Shown: one piece after another, positions 57,345 through 64,000 of the stretch
Numbering within the stretch: position 1 is the first letter of the stretch
Layout: each line of letters starts with the position of its first letter
Source of the DNA: Oscillospiraceae bacterium
Lineage (GTDB): Bacteria; Bacillota; Clostridia; Oscillospirales; CAG-272
Assembly (NCBI GenBank): GCA_015064085.1
Contig: SVSX01000002.1
Span: forward strand, 9,282-73,281
Direction: 5' to 3'
Length of the DNA: 64,000 nucleotides
Notes under the pieces: generated by a model
Databases searched by the model: none
Told to the model about the DNA's origin: nothing
The model's input: the letters and a program-made list of their open reading frames with translations, nothing else
Position numbers and translations under genes: made by a program

Positions 57345-59054
57345 ATGATTGAGATCAAAAGAATGATAGCGGCGGCAATAGCCGATAAGATCCGAATGAT
57401 AAATGAAAACTCGGGTCTTGACGCAGCGGCAGTTTTTGAGATGCTGGAATATCCCCCCGACACAAAGATGGGCGACCTCGCGCTGCCTTGCTTTAAGCTT
57501 AGCAAGAGTCTGCGCCGCTCTCCCGTGCAGATAGCCGAGACTATCGCGGAGGGCTTCGAGCTTCGCGGAGTTGCCGAGGCAAGTGCCGTGAACGGATATT
57601 TAAATATCAGAATATCGAACGATTATCTCGCGGAGAAAATACTGCCCGAGATACTCGAAAAGAAGGAAAAATATGGTGCGCCCGACCTCGGTGAGGGGAA
57701 GACAGTCGTGCTCGACTACTGCTCTCCTAACCTGGCAAAGCCGTTTCATATCGGACACTTGGGAACTACTGTGATCGGACATTCGTTGAAAAAGCTGCAC
57801 GAGTTCGCGGGTTACAAGTGTGTTGGTATCAATTATGTCGGTGACTGGGGTACTCAGTTCGGCAAGATGATGGTTGCCTACAAGAAGTGGGGCGACAAAA
57901 AAACAGTAGAAGAGGGCGGAGTAGATGCTCTCGTGGACCTCTATGTTCGCATAAATAACGCAATTTCCGACGATCCCTCTTTAGCGGATGAGGCAAGAGC
58001 CGAATTTTGCAAAATGGAGCAGGGTGATGAGGAAAATCTGGCTCTGTGGCGTTGGTTGGTTGAGAAATCTCTCAAAGCTAACGATGAGACACTCAAGCAG
58101 CTCGACGTAAGTTTTGATAGCTATAAGGGTGAGTCCGCATATACCGAGCTTATGCCCGCTCAGGTGCAGAAGCTTCGCGATTGCAACCTTCTTAAAATTG
58201 ACGACGGAGCGTCCATAGTCGATCTCGAAAAATACGGAATGCCGCCCTGTCTGATCCTTAAGAGAGACGGTTCGTCGCTCTATCCTACCCGTGATATTGC
58301 GGCGGCTGTTGACCGTATGGATATGTATAACTTTGAAAAATGTATCTACGTTACCTCAAATCAGCAGATTTTACATTTCCAGCAGTGGTTCAAGGTGGTA
58401 GAGCTTATGGGCTACGATTGGTACGATAAGCTTGTCCACGTTCCTTACGGAACTGTTTCGCTCAACGGAGCGAAGCTCGCTACGAGAACGGGCAACGTGG
58501 TGCTCCTCAAGGACCTCTTTGCGGCGGCGATCGATAAATCGAGGAGCATAATGGAGGAGAAGAACCCCGACCTTCGCGGAAGAGACGATATCGCCGAGGC
58601 TGTGGGCGTCGGAGCAATAGTCTTCTATTACCTCTTCAATAACAGGATCAAGGACATCAATTTCAACCTCGAGGACGCGCTCAGCTTTGAGGGCAACACA
58701 GGTCCTTACGTTCAGTATACCTACGCCCGTACCTGCTCGATACTTGAGAAGGTAAAGGAGAGCTACGGCGGCAAGGTTGTAATAAGCTGTGACGAGGAGT
58801 CCGCGCTTTTAAAGACCCTCAGCCAATACGAGGAGAGAGTGAGAAATGCCATAAGGGATTACGAGCCCTCGGTCATTGCCCGCTTTATTCTCGACGTTGC
58901 CTTCGCGTACAATAAATTTTATCATAACTGCCAGATACTTTCGGCAGAGGACGAAAATGTAAGAGGCACAAGAATATTGCTCACAGAGGCAACGAAGAAC
59001 GTTCTCGGAAGCGCCTTCTCGCTTATATGCCTTAAGAAAACAGAAAGAATATAA
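57345..59054 (+). CDS. argS: Arginine--tRNA ligase
   Basis: SPNLAKPFHIGH, GDWGTQFG, KRDGSSLY, FEGNTGPYVQY. Confidence 0.97.
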   Translation: MIEIKRMIAAAIADKIRMINENSGLDAAAVFEMLEYPPDTKMGDLALPCFKLSKSLRRSPVQIAETIAEGFELRGVAEASAVNGYLNIRISNDYLAEKILPEILEKKEKYGAPDLGEGKTVVLDYCSPNLAKPFHIGHLGTTVIGHSLKKLHEFAGYKCVGINYVGDWGTQFGKMMVAYKKWGDKKTVEEGGVDALVDLYVRINNAISDDPSLADEARAEFCKMEQGDEENLALWRWLVEKSLKANDETLKQLDVSFDSYKGESAYTELMPAQVQKLRDCNLLKIDDGASIVDLEKYGMPPCLILKRDGSSLYPTRDIAAAVDRMDMYNFEKCIYVTSNQQILHFQQWFKVVELMGYDWYDKLVHVPYGTVSLNGAKLATRTGNVVLLKDLFAAAIDKSRSIMEEKNPDLRGRDDIAEAVGVGAIVFYYLFNNRIKDINFNLEDALSFEGNTGPYVQYTYARTCSILEKVKESYGGKVVISCDEESALLKTLSQYEERVRNAIRDYEPSVIARFILDVAFAYNKFYHNCQILSAEDENVRGTRILLTEATKNVLGSAFSLICLKKTERI

Positions 59055-59080
59055 CGTACAATTTGAAAGGAAGATAAATT

Positions 59081-59812
59081 ATGTCAGGACATAGCAAATG
59101 GGCTAATATCAAGCACAAAAAGGAAAAGACCGACGCTCAGAGAGCGAAGATCTTCACAAAGATCGGTAAGGAGATCTCTATCGCCGTTAAGGAGGGGGGC
59201 GGAGACCCTAACTCCAACTCAAAGCTCCGCGACCTTATCCAGAAGGCAAAGTCGAACAACGTGCCTAACGATAATATCGAGCGTATCATAAAGAAGGCTC
59301 AGGGAAGCACCTCCGAGACCTATGAGGAGGTAGTTTACGAGGGATACGGTCCTGCGGGAATTGCGGTTATCGTTGAGACGACAACAGATAACAGAAACCG
59401 TACCGCGGGTAACGTTCGCTCCTATTTCTCAAAATATCACGGAAATCTCGGTCAGGTAGGCTGCGTAGGCTACCTCTTCGCAGACAAGGGCGTTATCGTT
59501 ATCTCTAACGAGGACGGCGACGTTGATGAGGATAAGCTTATGGAGGTCGCTCTCGAGGCAGGGGCTGAGGACTTCTCGGCAGAGGATGATATCTTTGAGA
59601 TATACACCGAGCCCGACGATCTTTATGCTGTAAAGGAGTCTCTTGAGGCTGAGGGCTACGAGATAGCATCGGCTGAAAAGACCAAGATCGCGTCTAACTA
59701 CGTTACACTTGAGGGCGAGGAGGATATCAAGTTTATGAATCTCCTTATAGAGCACCTCGAGGACGATGACGACGTAATGAACGTTTACCACAACTGGGAA
59801 AACTGCGACTGA
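59081..59812 (+). CDS. YebC/PmpR family protein
   Basis: MSGHSKWANIKHKK, YEGYGP, TDNRNRT, LEDDDDV.NVYHN. Confidence 0.96.
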   Translation: MSGHSKWANIKHKKEKTDAQRAKIFTKIGKEISIAVKEGGGDPNSNSKLRDLIQKAKSNNVPNDNIERIIKKAQGSTSETYEEVVYEGYGPAGIAVIVETTTDNRNRTAGNVRSYFSKYHGNLGQVGCVGYLFADKGVIVISNEDGDVDEDKLMEVALEAGAEDFSAEDDIFEIYTEPDDLYAVKESLEAEGYEIASAEKTKIASNYVTLEGEEDIKFMNLLIEHLEDDDDVMNVYHNWENCD

Positions 59813-59833
59813 TAAAAAAGGGTAGGGGCTTTT

Positions 59834-61255
59834 ATGAGCAGATATAAAAAGCTTATATCCAATACCCTTATTTTAGGGGCAGGGACGTTCGCCTCAAAGG
59901 TGATAGTCCTTCTGATGATGCCCTTTTACACACTGATCCTCTCACCCGAGGAGTTCGGTATTGCCGACCTTGTGGCGCAGACGGCGAATATGCTGATACC
60001 GATAGCCTGTATCGGCATATGCGAGGGACTTTTCAGATTTGCCCTCGACTGCGAGGACAAGAAAAAGGTATTTACCACGGGCATCTCTGTCCTCTGCGTG
60101 GGAAGCGCGGCGCTTATCGCACTCATATGGATACTCAACGTCTTCGAGGATTTCAGGGGATACGTTCCTCTTATTGCCGCCTACGTTATATGCGCCAATT
60201 TTCATTCGGCGTGCGCTCAGTATATAAGAGCGCAGGGAAGGACTACTCTGTTTGCCCTGCAGGGAATAATCAACACGGCGCTCACCGTGGTGCTGAATAT
60301 TCTCTTTCTCGCGGTATTCCGCATAGGCGCTTACGGATACGTCCTCTCGGTAGTGCTCGGAGACCTTACGGTAACCATTCTGCTTGTATTCGCCGCAAGG
60401 CTTTACAGAGATTTTTCTCTCAAAAACTTTTCACGCGTGACCCTTTCGGAAATGCTGAAATTCAGCATACCTTATATTCCGACCACGATGCTCTGGCTGA
60501 TAATTTCGGTGTCGGACAGATATATCGTGAGAGCCTTCTGTGGTATCGATGAGACGGGGCTTTACGCCGCATCATATAAGATACCCACGCTGCTTACCTT
60601 AGTTTGCGGAGTCTTTATTGAGGCTTGGCAGTTTTCGGCGGTGAAGGACGTGGACGGTAAGGAAAGATCGGATTTCTTCGGAAAGGTTTTCGGGGCATAT
60701 CTCGGACTTATCTTCCTCGGCGCTTCGGTCCTTATCGGCGGAAGCAGGATCTTTACCGATCTTCTTATGTCGGACAGCTATAGCGAGTCCTGGAGGTTTG
60801 TGCCGATCCTTGTGGTGGCGACGGTATTTTCGACCCTCGTTTCCTTTATGGGAAGCGTTTACTTCGTTGAAAAGAAGAGTATCTTGTCTATGCTGACAGC
60901 GCTTATGGGAGCTGTTATCAACGTGGCGCTGAATTTAATTATGATACCGGACCACGGGGCAATGGGCGCTGCGGTGGCGACGCTTATCAGCTATTTCGCC
61001 GTCTATGCCTTGAGGGCATACGATACGGGAAGATATGTGAAATTCAAGCTCCATACCCCTCTTCTCACGGTGAACCTTATTCTGATAGCTCTTCAGATAG
61101 GTCTGCTTTTCTATACGGGAGAGAGATGGCTGCTCTCACAGATAGTGATGGTTGCCCTTATCGGCGCGGTGAATATTAAGGGACTTTTGTCGACTGCGAA
61201 GGAATTTTTGTCGTTTTTACCTTTCGGAAGAAAAAATAAAGAAAAAAACATCTGA
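59834..61255 (+). CDS. MOP-superfamily polysaccharide flippase (Wzx-like)
   Basis: MPFYT..LSPEEFG, SDRY, GLYA, IP..G.MGAA.AT; many TM helices. Confidence 0.85.
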   Translation: MSRYKKLISNTLILGAGTFASKVIVLLMMPFYTLILSPEEFGIADLVAQTANMLIPIACIGICEGLFRFALDCEDKKKVFTTGISVLCVGSAALIALIWILNVFEDFRGYVPLIAAYVICANFHSACAQYIRAQGRTTLFALQGIINTALTVVLNILFLAVFRIGAYGYVLSVVLGDLTVTILLVFAARLYRDFSLKNFSRVTLSEMLKFSIPYIPTTMLWLIISVSDRYIVRAFCGIDETGLYAASYKIPTLLTLVCGVFIEAWQFSAVKDVDGKERSDFFGKVFGAYLGLIFLGASVLIGGSRIFTDLLMSDSYSESWRFVPILVVATVFSTLVSFMGSVYFVEKKSILSMLTALMGAVINVALNLIMIPDHGAMGAAVATLISYFAVYALRAYDTGRYVKFKLHTPLLTVNLILIALQIGLLFYTGERWLLSQIVMVALIGAVNIKGLLSTAKEFLSFLPFGRKNKEKNI

Positions 61256-61281
61256 TTTTCCAAAAAAATTGCAAAAAGGTA

Positions 61282-61310
61282 TTGCAATTTGAAATCGGAT
61301 GTGATATAAT
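61282..61310 (+). promoter_or_regulatory. sigmaA promoter of rplS
   Basis: TTGCAA-17 bp-TATAAT with extended TG. Confidence 0.75.
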
Positions 61311-61342
61311 ATTGCACGATGTGCGAAAAAACACAAGAACAA

Positions 61343-61376
61343 GGGCAGTCCGCTGCGTAGCTCTGCATGAATGCCC
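61343..61376 (+). promoter_or_regulatory. L19 ribosomal protein leader
   Basis: GGGCAGTCCGCTG...ATGAATGCCC stem in the rplS 5' UTR, resembling the Bacillota L19 leader. Confidence 0.7.
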
Positions 61377-61399
61377 GGATTATTAAGGAGGACTGAAAA

Positions 61400-61741
61400 A
61401 TGGATTTGATTCAGGCTTTTACAAACGAGCAGCTTAAGACGGAAGTTCCCGTGATCAACATTGGTGACACCATTCGTGTTCACAACAGAATCAAAGAGGG
61501 AAACCGCGAGAGAATTCAGATGTTTGAGGGAACAGTTATCGCAAAGCATGGCGGTGGCATCTCCGAGACCTTCACTGTAAGACGTGTTTCTTATGGTTGC
61601 GGCGTTGAGAAGACATTCCCGATCCACTCTCCCAACGTTGTTAAGGTAGACATTATCCGCGTTGGTAAGGTTAGAAGAGCTAAGCTCTACTATCTCCGCG
61701 ACAGAGTCGGTAAGGCATCCAAGGTTAAAGAAAAGATATAA
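61400..61741 (+). CDS. rplS: 50S ribosomal protein L19
   Basis: [28 protein letters not shown]. Confidence 0.99.
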   Translation: MDLIQAFTNEQLKTEVPVINIGDTIRVHNRIKEGNRERIQMFEGTVIAKHGGGISETFTVRRVSYGCGVEKTFPIHSPNVVKVDIIRVGKVRRAKLYYLRDRVGKASKVKEKI

Positions 61742-61752
61742 TTTCTTTAAGA

Positions 61753-61797
61753 AAAGATACTGCTCGAGGCTTAAGGGCTTCGGGCAGATCTTTTTTT
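61753..61797 (+). terminator. Terminator after rplS
   Basis: CTGCTCGAGGC/GCTTCGGGCAG stem plus T7. Confidence 0.8.
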
Positions 61798-61950
61798 GAT
61801 TTGTACCGAAAAATTCTCTTCGGATAAAATTGAATAAATTTTCGGTATTTATAAGCCTAAAAAAGAAAAAAAGAGGTTTACAACACCGAAAAAAACAATT
61901 ATAATGTAGATGTACAGATATTGCTGTCTCTATTGAAAGGGGGAAAAGCT

Positions 61951-62841
61951 TTGAGGACCTACCTTCGGCACAGAATATGGAACGTGCTCGATATAAGAGA
62001 GCTTATCGCACTCGAGTATCTCGACTTTGAGGGGAAATACAAAAATTACTCCGAGCAGCACGATTTCTGGGAGCTGTGCTACCTTTTTGACGGCGAAATA
62101 ACCGTTTCTCTTGGCGATGAGAGTCGTGATCTGTCTGCGGGAGAGCTTTTGCTCATCGATCCCGACAGAAGACATTCCTACGATTCATCGAAGGGAAATC
62201 TTTCCTCTGCGTTCGTTGTCTGCTTTGAGAGCTCTTCACAGGCTCTTCGCGCGCTTGCGGGGAAAGTTTTTTCGCACAGCGATCTTGCCGCGGCTTGCAT
62301 GAGGGATATCGTAGACGAGAGCGCAGGCACGTTCAAAATGAACGACGAAGAGCATCTTGAGGCACTATCCGAGCCTAATTTCGGAGGACAGCAGATCATA
62401 ATGCTTCGACTCGAGCATTTGCTGATCGGACTTCTGCGCGACGTTTCGTCGCAAAAGAATTCTGAGGTGGTTTTTCTTAAGGATGAAAATTTCTATTCCG
62501 ATCTTTCAAAAGCAATAATAAAGTTTTTTGAGGAGCATATCAGAGAGGAGCTCTCACTTGACGACGTTTGCAGAAAGATGAATTACTCGCGCTCTTTTCT
62601 CTGTAAGACCTTTAAGCATCATACCGGAGAGACGATCATGGGATGCTTTAACAGAATGAAGGTCGAGGAGGCAGCGAGACTGCTCAAGGAGACAGAGTGG
62701 AGCGTTTCCGATGTCGCGCATTGTCTCGGATATGGCGAGGCGAAGCATTTTGGAGAGCTGTTTAAAAGATATATGGGAATGTCACCTGCAAAATACAGAA
62801 AAATGGGGGGAAAAGAATATGATATCAACCGTTTGCGGTGA
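61951..62841 (+). CDS. AraC-family regulator
   Basis: EQHDFWEL cupin; C-terminal double HTH; start uncertain (TTG 61951 or 61921). Confidence 0.88.
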   Translation: MRTYLRHRIWNVLDIRELIALEYLDFEGKYKNYSEQHDFWELCYLFDGEITVSLGDESRDLSAGELLLIDPDRRHSYDSSKGNLSSAFVVCFESSSQALRALAGKVFSHSDLAAACMRDIVDESAGTFKMNDEEHLEALSEPNFGGQQIIMLRLEHLLIGLLRDVSSQKNSEVVFLKDENFYSDLSKAIIKFFEEHIREELSLDDVCRKMNYSRSFLCKTFKHHTGETIMGCFNRMKVEEAARLLKETEWSVSDVAHCLGYGEAKHFGELFKRYMGMSPAKYRKMGGKEYDINRLR

Positions 62842-63826
62842 GATAAACGCACGCGATATAGGGATCGCGTCATCGCACGAACATATTTTCATTGATATGA
62901 GAAATTGCGTGGAGCTAACGGGACACGAGCCGCCGATCTTTTACGAGGCATTGAATACCGAAAACCGCGCAGAGGTATTTTCAGATCCTTATGCCATACT
63001 TGATAATGCCTTGCTTGAGGGCGTAGACGATGCCGTCGATGAGGTCCTCGATTTCAAAAAATGGGGAGGGCAGACTATAGTGGATTGCACACCCGACGAG
63101 ATAGGACGCGACCCGCTTCTTCTCAAGGAGGTATCTGAGAGGACGGGGGTAAACATCATCGTTGGCTGCGGACATTACTACCACAAGGCACACTATCCCT
63201 ACGTAAAGGACGCGAGCGTAGATCAGCTTGCCGAGGAGATGAGGAGAGATATCCTCGTTGGTATCAGAGACACGGGAATAAAGGCAGGACTTATCGGAGA
63301 GATAGGTACAAGCGCTGTTATGAGCGAGGATGAAAAGAAGGTGCTCAGGGCGGCGGGTATCGTTGCGGCGGAGACCGGAAAGGCGGTTCACGTTCACACC
63401 GACCTTTATACCGAAAACGGATATGAGGTTATAGATATACTCACTTCCGAGGGAATGTCCTCGGAGAAGATATGCATTGACCATATAGACGTTTTGCTTC
63501 GTCCCGATTACGTCAAGGCTTTGCTTGACAGAGGCGTTTACGTCGAGTTTGACAATTTCGGCAAGGAATTTTACGTCTCCGCGGAGAGAAGATTTGCATA
63601 CGACCTTGAGAGGATCGAGATGCTCAAGCAGCTCTTTGATCTCGGATACAAGAATAAAATACTTGTATGTAACGATATATGCCTTAAGACTATGTGGAGA
63701 AAATTCGGCGGACTCGGATATTCGCATATACTTCGCACGGTCAGAAAAATGGCAGCTGACGCGGGTATTTCCGATGAGGATTATATGGCGCTGCTTAGCG
63801 ATAACGTGAGAAACTTTTTAATCTAA
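62819..63826 (+). CDS. Phosphotriesterase-related amidohydrolase (PHP/PLL-like)
   Basis: STVCG, SHEH, GGQTIVD.TP..IGRD, IGEIG, HVHT, DH, FD, ND. Confidence 0.88.
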   Translation: MISTVCGEINARDIGIASSHEHIFIDMRNCVELTGHEPPIFYEALNTENRAEVFSDPYAILDNALLEGVDDAVDEVLDFKKWGGQTIVDCTPDEIGRDPLLLKEVSERTGVNIIVGCGHYYHKAHYPYVKDASVDQLAEEMRRDILVGIRDTGIKAGLIGEIGTSAVMSEDEKKVLRAAGIVAAETGKAVHVHTDLYTENGYEVIDILTSEGMSSEKICIDHIDVLLRPDYVKALLDRGVYVEFDNFGKEFYVSAERRFAYDLERIEMLKQLFDLGYKNKILVCNDICLKTMWRKFGGLGYSHILRTVRKMAADAGISDEDYMALLSDNVRNFLI

Positions 63827-63846
63827 AAAATATAAGGAGAAAAACT

Positions 63847-64000
63847 ATGAATTATCCAAAGATTGAAGCTAACGAGTACCTTGTGAGAGTAAACGCTCTC
63901 AGAGAAAAAATGGCAGAGGCGGGAGTTGACCTTGTTGTCGGCTTCTCGAACCTGCTTGAGATAGCCATCGTGCGCTATTATTGCGGATTTGCTCCCGTAA
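63847..64000 (+). CDS. M24 aminopeptidase P/creatinase N-terminal domain (partial)
   Basis: AAGGAG RBS; EYLVRVNALREKMAEAGVD...VRYYCGF pattern; runs off window. Confidence 0.65.
   Translation, partial: MNYPKIEANEYLVRVNALREKMAEAGVDLVVGFSNLLEIAIVRYYCGFAPV

Noticed and set aside
57720-58420. Apparent codon-usage shift inside argS suggesting a recombined patch
   Set aside because: Impression only; needs a sliding-window codon or k-mer computation that I cannot run
58470-58495. ArgRS with KLATR instead of KMSKS
   Set aside because: ArgRS enzymes commonly have a degenerate KMSKS loop; not evidence of inactivity

Overview
Chromosomal window of a Clostridia-like (Bacillota) bacterium; the taxon is inferred from gene content and order. 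Housekeeping blocks: ruvBA/ruvC, ECF module-truA, pgsA-Clp ATPase, rpsB-tsf, trkAH, a Na+-translocating decarboxylase cluster, nusB-xseAB-ispA-tlyA-nadK-argR-recN, argS, yebC, rplS. These are interleaved with carbohydrate-related accessory genes (GH38, GH127, two GH78, three AraC regulators). I saw no tRNA, rRNA, CRISPR array, integrase or transposase. Best candidate for an undescribed system: an accretion hotspot behind a Fur/PerR-rubrerythrin operon. The 3' end of the rubrerythrin gene occurs three times (22131-22356, 23817-24043, 27384-27425), and the copies separate blocks of cargo genes. The third copy appears split from its terminator by a self-contained single-gene cassette bounded by CGATTT direct repeats. 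Other highlights: a full-length P-type ATPase-like protein lacking the canonical catalytic motifs, an unannotated 50-aa YxxP-leader peptide, and an orphan promoter upstream of a GATTTCATC-punctuated hairpin array. All family assignments come from motif recognition by eye, with no database search.
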